Positions 1-13,250 of a DNA stretch of 64,000 nucleotides are shown one piece after another. The notes below the pieces were generated by a model, which worked only from the letters and a program-made list of their open reading frames with translations, had not been told where the DNA came from and ran no database searches. The stretch's first letter is position 1. Each line of letters opens with the position of its first letter. The position numbers and the translations under genes are program-made. This DNA comes from Octopus sinensis (taxonomy: Eukaryota). Location of the stretch: the NCBI RefSeq assembly GCF_006345805.1, contig NC_043006.1, forward strand, positions 16,802,001 to 16,866,000, given 5' to 3'.

Positions 1-1147
1 TCCTGAAAAATAGGAGTCAGGCAGTAGTGGTTAATGGAGCCACCTCTATGAACACACAAATAGTGAGCGGTGTTCCACAGGACACTGTCTTGGGACCACT
101 GCTTTTTATAGTGGCCCTCTCAGATATGCCCTCAAATGCCCGGATAGCCACTCTGGCCAGCTATGCAGACGATACGAAAGTCTCGCAGAAAATACAGAAC
201 CCCAGCGATGTTGCACACCTGCAGCAGGAGTTGGACTCAATCTACAGATGGGCTGAGGATAATAATATGCAGTTTAATGCTGAAAAATTCCAGGCCCTGT
301 GCTACCAGCATCCAAAACTGAATATTAAACTTACAGGATACACCGGTCCACAGGGAATTTCAATCCCAGAGCCTAAAGTCTGTGAGGGACCTGGGTATCG
401 ACATGAGTGATGATACCTCTTTCTAAGTGCACATTACCAGGATGGCGACAAAGTGCAGATGACTGGCTGAGTGGATCCTAAGAACATTCAGAACCAGAGA
501 TAAGGAAACCATGATGGTCCTCTGGCGAACATTCGTCCTCAGCCGCCTGGATTACTGCTCACAGATATGGTCACCCACCAGTGTAAAATTAACAGCGGAC
601 CTTGAAGCAATCCAGAGAAGATTCACAAAGAAGATCGTCTCTTTGCAACAGCTCAGCTACTGGGAAAGGTTGAAACAGCCAAGACTCTACTCCCTGGAGA
701 GAAGATGGGAGAGGTATGCAGTAATATATGTCTGGAAGATCCTGGAAGGAATTGTGCCAAATTTTGGCATTGTAAGCTACACCAATGCTAGAACGGGACA
801 ACACTGCATAGTGCCAAAGATCCCAGCAATGCCATCACGCTTCAGGACCAGCTTCCGCAACAGCCTGGGTTTCAAGGGCCCACAGCTTTTTAATATTCTC
901 CCAAAGAGTCTGAGGAACTTGCACAAAGTAGATGTAGTGGTTTTTAAATCAAAGCTGGACATCTTCCTGTCAAGAGTCCCAGATGAACCTACCTCACGGC
1001 AAGAGGTGCAAATGAGAGTAGCTATATCAAACTCCATTCTTCACCAAGTGCCACATATTAGACGAGGTTCATCGTAATAACAGTGTAGCACAAAACGGCG
1101 GTGCATCAGCATGGCCGCAGCTCTGAGCTGAAACTAGAAAAAAAAAT
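1..1147 (+). mobile_element. CR1-group LINE, 3' part of ORF2 (RT C-terminus) plus 3' tail, frameshifted
   Basis: ORF 27-410 has VSGVPQDTVLGPLLF..YADDTK. ORF 511-1077 has LDYCSQIWSP..LSYWERL..GPQLFNILP..FKSKLDIFL. The tail ggcggtgcatcagcatggccgcagctctgagctgaaactag is followed by an A-run at 1097-1147. Confidence 0.9.
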
Positions 1148-1233
1148 ATGTATATGTATATATATATATATATATACATGCATATATATATATGTAAATA
1201 TATGTATGTAAATATAGAATGCGTATGTGTGTT

Positions 1234-1264
<31 letters not shown>

Positions 1265-1272
1265 ATATGTGT

Positions 1273-3482
1273 ATCATCATCATCATCATCATCGTTTAAC
1301 GTCCGTTCTCCATGCTAGCATGGGTTGGACGGTTCGACCGGGGATCTGGGAAGTCAGAAGGCTGCACCAGGCTCCAGTCTTATCTGGCAGTGTTTCTACA
1401 GCTGGATGCCCTTCCTAACGCCAACCACTCCGTGAGTGTAGTGGGTGCTTTTTACGTGCCACCTGCACAGGTGCCAGGCGAGGCCGGCAACGGCCATGGT
1501 CGGATTGGTGTATTTTATGTGCCACCGGCACGGAAGCCAGACGAGGCGGTGCTGGCATCGGCCACGAGTCGGATGGTGCTTTTTACGTACCACCAGACCA
1601 GGGATCCTGGCTGGTTCAATTCGATTTCGATTTCGCTTGCCCCAACATGTCTTCGCAAGCAAGGGGGTTGGCATGGGTGCCTGTTGTACGGTCAGATTGG
1701 TGTATTTTACGTGCCACCGGCACGGAAGCCAGTGGAGGCGGCGCTGGCATCGGCACGAGTCGGATAGTGCTTTTTACGTACCACCAGACCAGGGAACCTG
1801 GCTGTTCAATTCGATTTCGCTTGCCCCAACATGTCTTCGCAAGCAAGGGGGTTGGCATGGGTGCCTGTCGTACGGTCAGATTGGTGTATTTTACGTGCCA
1901 CCGGCACGGAAGCCAGTGGAGGCGGCGCTGGCATCGGCCACGAGTCGGATAGTGCTTTTTACGTACCACCAGACCAGGGATCCTGGCTGGTTCAATTCGA
2001 TTTTGACTTCGATTTCGCTTGCCCCAACATGTCTTCGCAAGCAAAGGGGGTTGGCATGGGTGCCTGTCGTCGGATGAGGTTCTATATCGACTTCGCTTGC
2101 CTCAACAGGTCTTTGTGTCCAAGGGAGGAAAGGCATTCATAAGTGGGCTGGGCTCACTTGTCCTGCCTGGTCTTCTCACATACAGAATATTTCCAAAGGT
2201 CTCGGTCGCTGGTCATTTCCTCAGTGAGGCCTAAAGTTCGAAGGTCGTGCTTCACCACCTCATCCCAGGTTTTCCTGGGTCTACCTCTTCCACGGGTTCC
2301 CTCAACTGCTAAGGATTGGCACTTTCTCACACACCTATCTTCATCCATTCTCGCCACATGACCATACCAGCGCAATTGTCTCTCTTGCACACCACAACTG
2401 ATGCCTCTTAGGTACAACATTTCTCTCAAGGTGCTAACGCTCTGTCGAGTATGTACACTGACATTACACATCCATCGGAGCATACTGGCTTCATTCCTCA
2501 CGAGCTTACGCATGTCCTCGGCAGTCACGGCCCATGTTTCACTGCCATGTAGCATGGCTGTTCGTACACACGCATCATACAGTCTGCCTTTTACTCTGAG
2601 CGAGAGGCCTTTAGTCACCAGCAGAGGTAAGAGCTCCCTAAACTTTGCCCAGGCTATTCTTATTCTAGCAGTTACACTTTCAGCGCACCCACCCCCACTA
2701 CTGACTTGGTCACCTAGATAACGGAAGCTATCAACTACTTCTAGTTTTTCCCCTTGGAAAGTGACTGAAGTTATTTTCTGCAGATTTTCGGAGGTTAATG
2801 CTCCTGAGCATCTGCCACATACAAAAACTATCTTCCCAGTTAGCCTACCTTTGACATTGCTGCACCTCTTATGTGTCCATAGCTTACACTGGGTACATCT
2901 TATAGAGTTTCTACCTACACCTTTTTCTACAGATCGAGCAGGGCCATCTTCCTGAAGACTTTTGTGGATTGTCTACCTTCCTACTTATTAGTACTTTGGT
3001 TTTAGCTAGGTTGACTCTAAGGCCCCTCGATTCTAAACCCTCCTTCCACACCTGGAACTTCTCCTCCAGCTCTGATAGTGACTCAGCAATAAGAGCAAGG
3101 TCGTCAGCGTAGAGGAGCTCCCAGGGACAACCTGTCTTGAATTCCTCCGTAATTGCCTGTAGGACTATGATAAATAGGAGGGGGCTGAGTACTGAACGCT
3201 GGTGGACCCCAACCTCTACTTTGAATTCTTCTGTGTACATGTTGCTAACCCTAACCTTCCTTACGGCATCTCTGTACATGGCTTGCACAGTCCTCACCGG
3301 CCATTCATCTATCCCTAGTTTCCTCATTGACCACCAGATAAGGGATCGGGGGACCCTATCAAAAGCTTTCTCCATGTCAACAAAAGCCAGGTACAGGGGC
3401 TTATCTTTGGCTAGGTATTTCTCCTGCAGCTGCCTTACCAGGAATATAGCATCCGTGGTACTTTTCCCTTGCACGAACCCAG
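1273..3482 (-). mobile_element. RTE-clade LINE, 5'-truncated, with RT, embedded PHD-like finger, long repetitive 3'UTR and (GAT)n tail
   Basis: Minus ORFs 2911-3474 ([29 protein letters not shown]) and 2154-2618 join through one extra A in the T-run at 2922-2926. The tail reads (TCA)n at 1273-1292 on the + strand. Confidence 0.92.
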
Positions 3483-3496
3483 ATATGTATGTATAT

Positions 3497-3548
<52 letters not shown>

Positions 3549-3580
3549 TATATATATATATGTATATATGTATATATATG

Positions 3581-3611
<31 letters not shown>

Positions 3612-4080
3612 GTATATATGTATATATATATATGTATATATGTATATATATATGTGTATATATGTATATATATATGTGTATATATATATATGTATATATA
3701 TATATGTATAGATATGTATTATATATATGTATATATATATGTATATATATGTATTATATATATATATGTATATATATATATGTATATATATGTATATATA
3801 TATATGTATATATATATATGTATATATATGTATATATAATATATGTATATTATATATGTATATATATGTATATATATATATATGTATATATATATAGTAT
3901 ATATATATATGTATATATATATAGTATATATATGTATATATATATATGTATATATATATATGTATATATGTATATATATATGTATATATATATATGTATA
4001 TATATGTATATATATATATATGTATATATATAATGTATATATATATGTATATATATGTATATATGTATATATATGTATAT
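3483..4080. repeat. Compound (TA)n/(TG)n/TATG microsatellite
   Basis: Direct inspection; the Y/I/M/C-rich ORFs are translations of this repeat. Confidence 0.97.
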
Positions 4081-4707
4081 CATCATCATCATTTAGCGTC
4101 CGTTTTCCATGCTAGCATGGGTTGGACGGTTCTACTGGGGTCTGTGAAGCCAGAAGGCTTCATCAGGCCCAGTCAAATCTGGCAGTGTTTCTACGGCTGG
4201 ATGCCCTTCCTAACGCCAACCACTCCGTGAGTGTAGTGGGTGCTTTTTACGTGCCACCCGCACTGGTGCCAGACAGAGCTGGCAAACGGCCACGAACGGA
4301 TGGTGCTTTTTATGTGCCACCGGCACGAGGGCCAGGCGAGGCTGGCAACGGACACGAAACGGGGCGGTGCTGGCAACGGTCGCGAAACGGAAAGTTCTCT
4401 TACATGCCACCGGCACTGGTAACACATCTGCAATTTCCATTGATCGATTTCCATTGATCGATTTCGATTCTGATCCTCACTTGCCTCAATGGGTCTTCAC
4501 AAGCAGAGTTTCGACATGCCACCGGCACTGGTAGCACATCCGCAATTTCCATTGATCGATTTCGATTCTGATCCTCACTTGCCTCAACACGTCTTCACAA
4601 GTAGAGTTTTGTGTCCCAAGAAGGGAAGGTATGCATACGTAGGCTGGCTCCATCCCATGTAGAAGGCCACGGGTTGTGGACTCACTTGTCCTGCCGGGTC
4701 TTCTCGC
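4081..4707 (-). mobile_element. Short 5'-truncated copy of the same RTE family (last codons REKTRQDK, 3'UTR and tail)
   Basis: Matches 1273-2180. Contains an internal tandem duplication of about 110 bp at 4400-4610. Confidence 0.88.
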
Positions 4708-6060
<1,353 letters not shown>

Positions 6061-6191
6061 AATTAATTAATAAGGGTGAAAGAATTAGATACTAATTTAA
6101 TAGTATGTCCATTCAACACCAAGTGGCCCAGTGCCTCGAGAAACCTGGATTATTATAATATTTTATAATATATTATAATATTTTATACAAA

Positions 6192-6449
6192 AATAAATAT
6201 AAGAGAATGGTCACTATGTGGCTCATTCTAGCACTAGAAAATCCAAAAGTTTCAACCACAAAAATACATGTTTCACATGAAAGTCAGTACGATTGTTAGC
6301 TCACACGAACAGGGCAAATAAAATTGCCCTGTTCGTGTGAGCTAACAATCGTACTGACTTTCATGTGAAACATGTATTTTGTGGTTGAAACCTTTTGGAT
6401 TTTCTAGTGCTAGAATGAGCCACATAGTGACCATTCTCTTATATTTATT
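6192..6449. repeat. Near-perfect palindrome: two arms of about 126 bp with a 6-nt loop
   Basis: 6192-6317 is the reverse complement of 6324-6449 apart from two 1-nt indels; the loop is ataaaa at 6318-6323. Confidence 0.97.
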
Positions 6450-6473
6450 ATTATTTATATAAATATATATATA

Positions 6474-7500
6474 TTGGGTTGGCAACTAAGTTCCTGCCAT
6501 TTATTTAAATTTTGGAATTTATCGCATTTTTAAATTTTGGAATCTACTTTTTTCAAGAATTCTATTTTTGAATCATTTTGGAATCTATTTTTAGTTTTTT
6601 TTTCTAGTTAATTTTACTTCGTTTTTGTTTATTATCTGATCATTAAAATGGAAAGTCACGTTAAAATGGAATGTCACGTTAAGTGCATTTTTGACACCTT
6701 CTTTTTGCTTTTTATCAAGGTTCTAAGGCCACAAAAGCTGCTCGCTGCATGATTCATATGCCAAGTTCAAAATGGAAATTTTGACCTCAAAGACACACCT
6801 CATTCTGGTTGATGAAGAGCGATTAAACTAACTTTTGCACGAAGATTCTCGTCAAATGACAAGGGAACTTGTAGAAAAAATGGAATGCTCCCACACTGCT
6901 AATGGCTTAGCCCCGGTAAACAAGCGACACCGCACGTGAAACAAGATCTTCATCCACGTAAAATGATGTTGTGCATATGGTGGGACTGGGAAGGGATTAT
7001 CCATTAAGAATTGCTTGAACGGAACCAAACAGTCAATGTGGAAATCTATGTTCAACAGATGGATCGACTCAGCATGTCTATTCAAGAGAAAAGACCTAAT
7101 AGGCACCATGGAGTTCTGCTGCTGCATGACAACCCCCCGCCCTCATATTGCCAATATGATCAAGGAAGCCATTCAAACGCATGGCTGGGAAGTGCTGCCA
7201 CACCCACCGTACTCTCCTCATTTGGCACAAACAGATTTCCACCTCTTTCAATCTCTTTCAAATACTATGCAAGGAGTTTTGTTCCATACTGATGCAGAAT
7301 TGAGAGCTTGGTGGGATCAATTTTTTGAGTCAAAATCAGGTAATTTCTACTAACGAAGCATTGAAAATCTTGTTGAACATTGGGAAGAAGTTGCAACTAA
7401 CAATGGTGAAAACATTATTGATTAATTAGTTGTTAGTTTTTACTAAACCATTAACAAATTTAAATTTAAGACAACGGCAGGAACTTAGTTGCCAACCCAT
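6474..7500 (+). mobile_element. mariner DNA transposon, internally deleted and degenerate
   Basis: TIR ttgggttggcaactaagttcctgcc / ggcaggaacttagttgccaaccca with TA on both flanks. Transposase remnants LLHDN.RPH and WEVLPHPPYSPHLAQTDFHLF. Confidence 0.93.
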
Positions 7501-7504
7501 TATA

Positions 7505-7930
7505 TATTACGGATGATGGTTCTCTTGCACTAAACGCCACTGCAAAGAGAGAGCTTTGGAGATGCCACTATGAAAGGTTGCTCAATAAAAAAAAAAAATG
7601 AATGAGAGAAATAGAGTCTGCCGAATGTTGACTCAACAGAGGGACCAGCTATCCGAACTGACAGTACCTTGGTATATGAAACTAAATGGAAAATGTGCAA
7701 AGAGCAGCTTCTGTCACATTCCAGGAAGAAAAACTACAAGTAGTTGGTAGCTTCCGTTACCTAGGTGATAAAGTCAGTAGCGGGGATGGATGCTCTGAAA
7801 ATGTAGCTGTTAGAATAAGAATAGCCTGGGCAAAGTTCAGAGAGCTCCTACCTCTGCTGGTGACAAAGGGCCTCTTGCTCAGAGTAACAGGTAGACTGTA
7901 TGACGCATGTGTACAAACAGCCATGAGGTG
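7505..7930 (+). mobile_element. RTE LINE fragment (RT core deleted)
   Basis: ORF 7686-7934 (SVTFQEEKLQVVGSFRYLG..RIRIAWAKFRELLPLLVTKG) matches the reverse complement of 2580-2770. Confidence 0.85.
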
Positions 7931-8094
7931 GTAAAGTACAACCTTTGAACATTGGGCCTTACTGAGACAATGACTAGTAACTGAGAACTTTGGAGATATG
8001 CTGTGCTTGAGAAGACCTAACAAGCCAAGTGAGACTATAGCCCATGGCCTACGCCAGTGGGTGTAACCAGCCCACTTATGAATACCCCTCATTC

Positions 8095-8580
8095 ATTGGA
8101 CAATAAACTTTGCTTTCAAAGACCTACTGAGGCAAGTAAAATCACAATCCAAATCGCTGACGTGGCCAATGACAGTAACGCCTGATTGGCACTCATGACA
8201 GTGGAACGTTAAAAGCACATCCAAGAATGATCGTTGCCAGGGCCACGGATTGGCTCCTGTGCCGGTGGCATGTGAAAAACAACATTCAAGGATGGTCATT
8301 GCTAGTGCTGCCGGACTGGCCCCCATGCAGGTAGCACGTAAAAAACACCTTTTGAGCATGGTCATTGCCAGAACTGCCTGACTGGCCTTCATGCCGGTGG
8401 CATGTAAAAGCACCCACTACACTCTCAGAGTGGTTGGCATTAGGAAGGGCATCCAGCAGTAGAAACTTTGCCAGATCAGATTGAGCCTGGTGCAGCCTTC
8501 TAGCTCACCAGTCCCCAGTCAAACCGTCCAACCCATGCCAGCATGGAAAGCAGACGTTAAATGACAACAATGATGATGAT
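8095..8580 (+). mobile_element. RTE-family 3'UTR/tail fragment
   Basis: ccggtggcatgtaaaagcacccactacactc..aggaagggcatccagc..aacccatgccagcatggaaagcagacgttaaatga..gatgatgat. Confidence 0.85.
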
Positions 8581-8589
8581 ATATTATTC

Positions 8590-9040
8590 TTTTTTCCTCT
8601 CACTCTTTTTTCTCTCCATCACTTTGCTCTTATTTACAAATATTTTTACTTTCTCACTCAAACACTAGTGATACATCCTTTTCTCTCTCTCTCTATACTA
8701 AATTATCAAAGTGTATCTAGTCTCTCTCTTCCCTTCTCTCTCACTCACACTTACTCCCCTCCCCTACCTCCATCCCCACACCTACAGCCTAATCATCCAC
8801 CATTACTGGCCCATCTCCCCTACATACATACCCTTCCTTCATCTCTGCCTCCCTCTCAATCTCCTCTCTGCCCATTTCTCTGCCTCAACTTTCCTTTCTT
8901 TCCCCTCACATTTCCTCCATCACCCCCTTTGGTCTGTTCCCTCTGCTTCCCCCTCATTTACCCAATTTATTCCCACTCCCCTCCACTTATTCTCCCATTA
9001 TACCTCTGCTCTCTCTATATTTGCACTCAGAAACCAACTG
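8590..9040. repeat. Pyrimidine-rich (CT) low-complexity tract
   Basis: C/T-rich on the + strand with no coding signal. Confidence 0.8.
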
Positions 9041-9869
9041 CACACACAACCACAGCTACACACCACAAGGCAGATGATAAGAAATTGGAAGTGTACAGAG
9101 ATAGGATTATTCCTATATGCTTGGGAAATCACAGAATGTGATTGGCCAAATAATTAAATTACAGCTGCTCTGAAGAGCAATGGTTTCTCCAGATCTGTAG
9201 TACAAATAGAGCAGAAGAAGTTCATCTGATCTTATGTACTCGTACAGCCACACCTAAGAAACTGGACAAGATTTTCAAAAGCGGCAAAAAGAAAATGATG
9301 ACACTGTCTGTAAGAAACCTTACAGAGAAAGCAGCGACAGCATTGATACCAAAGATAAAAAGCTCAACAAGGAGGGAAAAAGAAAAGTGCAAACAACCAC
9401 AGTCCCAATATCTCCCAAAGCAGCAATGTAAAAGCAGAAAAAGAAGAAACCAGACGAAAGCCAAGTGAAAATGGTTCTATAATAAAAACCCAAATCAAAC
9501 CCTCTCAGAGAAAAAGGTCTATCTGCAAGTTCCACAAAAAAGATATCTGCTGGCATGGAGACAGTGGGACAAGCTTTCACTTGCTGCACCCAGTGCTAGA
9601 GCAGAATCCATCACTCACCCAACGAAAGAAACAACCACACTTGGAAGAATCTATATCTCAGCACAAACCTGCAGAAAAGAAGGCCAAACAGAAGTCATAT
9701 GCAGATGCAGTACAAGCTGCAGTGGTTGAGCAACATTGATTTAAGTATAGCACAGGAAATAGTACAACAGTTGTCATGGCTACAGACAAAACTGAGCTAT
9801 GTACCCTCACACACAAGAGTGCCACAATTGATGGACCCCGGTTGGCCACCACTGCCATCAAGTCACTCA

Positions 9870-12385
9870 TCACACCAACGCCATTCCTACTAATAAATAT
9901 AAGGGGCCTGCTACAGAACAACGGGAAATGCAAAATTGCACACCTGAAGAATATTTCTGCATGCAATCAAGCTATATGCATTGCACTTACAGAAACACAT
10001 CTATCTGAAGACATAACTGATGCGGAGATACACATACCAATGTAAGCTATCTTCCGTAGAGACAGAAGAAAAAGAAGTCACAGTGGAGTTGCAATGTACA
10101 TTCACGAAGATGTCACACCATTTTTTTTTTTTTTGGAAGCACTCCGTCAGTTACGACGATGAGGGTTCCGGTCGATCTAATCAACGGAACAGCCTGCTCC
10201 TGAAATTAACGTGTAAGTGGCTGAGCACTCCTCAGACACGTGTACCCTTAACGTAGTTCTCGGGGATATTCAGCGTGACACAGAGAGTGACAAGGCCGGC
10301 CCTTTGAAATACAGGCACAACAGAAACAGGAAGTAAGAGTGAGAGAAAGTTGTGGTGAAAGAGTACAGCAGGGATCACCACCATCCCCTGCCGGAGCCTC
10401 ATGGAGCTTTAGGTGTTTTCGCTCAATAAACACTCACAACGCCCGGTCTGGGAATTGAAACCGCAATCCTACAACCGCGAGTCCGCTGCCCTAACCACTG
10501 AGCCATTGCGCCTCCACTGTCACACCATTAACTCTCTTATCGAACTCAAACTCAGTGTGTGACTCACTTGTAGTGCATCTAAAGCAACTTGATACAGTGA
10601 TATGCACACTATATCGCTCACCTGATGTCTCAAATCATGAAGGAAAATTTGAGGAAAGCCTCAGTGCAATAAAGGAAGTACTAACACAACTGAATCAATT
10701 TACTACTATATTCCTGATGGGTGACTTCAACTTCCCCAACATCAGGTGGCCTGAGGGCAACAAAACCCCAGGAATGACACACAAAGAACGAAATCAAGCA
10801 GAATCTCTACTTGATCTTTCAAAAATCCTATTCACGGAGCAGATCATACTCTCTCCAGCCAAGCACAAAAATATCCTGGGCCTCTGCTTCACAAACAATG
10901 TGGAAATTATCCACAACATAAATGTATGACGTTATAGAACTGACAATGTATGGTCCAGAGTCAACTAAAGATAAATTCCACACAGATGGTGCTCAAACCC
11001 TATCCAGCCTAAATTCCTATAAGACTGACTGGAAGTCACTTGAAAAACAAATGCTCCAGCAGGACTGGCCAAAAAGCCTCTCTATGCAAGACATATATAT
11101 GAAACTAAATATATTCATATCAATAAAGCGAACCATATGCATTAAATATGTCCCAGAGAAGAGAGCCAATACACACAAAAGCATCATTCCTCAAGACAGG
11201 AGAATACTCATGTGGTGGAAAATAAAGATCTTGAATCATTTAAACAAACACCTTAATGACAGTGTGAAATCCCACCTGACAGAGGAACTCTTTGTGATTG
11301 AAAATAAACTCAAAATTTCCCATGAAAAAGAAGGAGAAAAAAGAGAAACCTGGGCAGTCAAAAATATAAAAAGAAATCCTAAAGCCTTCTACACATTGGC
11401 AAAGGAGTCTGCCTCAGTATGCTATAAGACAGGGCCACTATTTGGTAAAATCGGCTCACTAACTGCAGACCCGGGGAAGATAAGTGAAGCACTAAATAAA
11501 CAATTCCAAAGTGTTTTCACTTCTCCACTGGAAAATATGCAAATAAACAAGCCAAGGGAGTTTTTCAATGTAATGAATCTATACGGAAAAGAGGCAACCA
11601 TCAATTACATCAACATAACAGTAATACTGACCATTGATGAGATGAAATCAAACTCAGCAAGGAACCCAGATGGACTCTTGGCTGTTAAAGACATAAAAAA
11701 AGACATGTAAAATAGCTCTTGCAAAGCCACAGCAGATACTCTTTCAGAGTTTCCTTGCATGTGGTAAACTTCCCACCATGCTAAATGAGGGTATAACATG
11801 CCCTGTCCATAAAGGAGGGAGCAGAGCAGATGCTAAAAACTACAAGCCCATCTCTCTGACTTTACATGTCAGCAAGTCGATGGAACGCATTGTCAGAAAA
11901 AGGCTGATCACGTTCCTAAGAGGAAACAACCTTCTCACAAACACGCAATATGACTTCAGTCCAGGGAGGAGCTGCCTCACACAGCTGCTGCAACACTTTG
12001 ACTGGGTATTGAAACAACAGTTAAACCAGCCAGCTGTAGACGTGATATACCTCGACTTTGCCAAAGCCTTCAACAAGGTTGATCATGGCATATGTCACAA
12101 GCTGTGAAACCTTGGTATTACCGGGAAACTGGGAGAGTGGCTGCATGATTTTCTGAAGGGCAAGAGTCAGACAGTTGTAGCCAATGGTGCTCACTCTGAA
12201 GAGACACTGATTCTCAGAGGAGTCCCACAGGGAACTGTACTGGGTCCACTACTATTTGTGGTGGCCCTCTCAGACATGCCCTCTGCGATACAGTCAGCAA
12301 ATCCGACCAGTTATGCTGACAACACAAAAGTATCGCAGGCAGTTAGGAACCCAGAGAACATCATAAAACTGCAGAAAGCTCTTGC
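9870..12385 (+). mobile_element. CR1-group LINE ORF2 relic (APE endonuclease + RT), interrupted by a SINE and 3'-truncated
   Basis: APE motifs LLINIRGL..IALTETHL and LMGDFNFPNIRW; RT motifs PVHKGGSRADAKNYKPISL..YLDFAKAFNKVDH and GVPQGTVLGPLLF..YADNTK. Many frameshifts. 9060-9870 may be an ORF1 remnant. Confidence 0.9.
10123..10517 (-). mobile_element. tRNA-derived SINE (type A) with 12-bp TSD, inserted in the CR1 endonuclease
   Basis: TSD tgtcacaccatt at 10111-10122 and 10518-10529; A-box/B-box head; same body as 18674-19049 and 22891-23265. Confidence 0.93.
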
Positions 12386-12524
12386 TACTTCACAAAAAAC
12401 AATACCAGAAACAACACCGAGTATCATGTTAGGCACAATAAAATAAAGCAAATTTTATTTGTATTCACTTATTTCCTATATTTTATTGTACTTAACATGA
12501 TACACATAAAATAAGTATCCAAAA

Positions 12525-13250
12525 GTCCCTTCCCCACCCCAAGATTTTCCCCGCAAATTTCTTTATAACCGTAATGTATGTCGATTGAAAGGTATTTATT
12601 TAAATTTTCATTTAAAAAAAGACCCATTTCCCTAACAGTTATGAAAAAAAAACGTGGATCTTTTCGGTTTGACCGGCAGTTTTTTAAAAATAATTTCCAC
12701 GTAACTAAACACTTTTAAACTTCGTATACTGGTAGAATGTGTTTATAAAACATTTTTTTCTCTTGGCTTTATTGAGAAAATTCTATAGCTTGTAAGATAT
12801 TTGTTGTTGTTTTTTCTTCAATTTCTTCAATTTCAACCAATCAATGACGTCTATTGAGGTGAAGACATTCTGTGCCGTATGAATATGTCCCTCGTTTAAG
12901 AAACAGATTGGGTTTATTTACATTTCTGAAGAAAAAAATATACCCTTCCTCCCACCCCTAACCCTAACTCTAAAACAGAATGAAACGCAATAGATCGATA
13001 CTAGGGCCATAATTATGGGTGACAATTTCATATGACACCGCTAGAAAAAACTGCCGTTCAAACCGAAAAGATCCAAAACATCGGATCTTGTTAATTTTCC
13101 GAAGTCCCCTTCGAAAAGATTTTACCCACAAATTTCTTTATAATCGTAATCTATGCCGTTTGAAAGGTATTTATATAAAATTTCATTTACAAAAAGACCC
13201 ATTTTCCTAAAAGTTATGAGGGAAGAACTCGGATCTTGTGAATTTTCCGA
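12525..13250. repeat. Short tandem repeat (two aagatttt..ccaaatttctttataa..aaaggtattta..gacccattt..gttatga units) hosting a MITE
   Basis: Unit at about 12540-12650 recurs at about 13115-13220; a cggatcttgt.aattttccgaag motif occurs at 13082 and about 13230. Confidence 0.8.
12656..13074 (-). mobile_element. 419-bp MITE with 30-bp GGATCTTTTCGGTTTGAACGGCAGTTTTTT TIRs (Merlin- or hAT-like), copy A
   Basis: TIRs at both ends; reverse orientation relative to the copies at 38461 and 55999. Confidence 0.9.

Noticed and set aside
1312-2361. Overlapping 70-210 aa ORFs on both strands
   Set aside because: They fall in the repetitive RTE 3'UTR and the same peptides recur at each copy.
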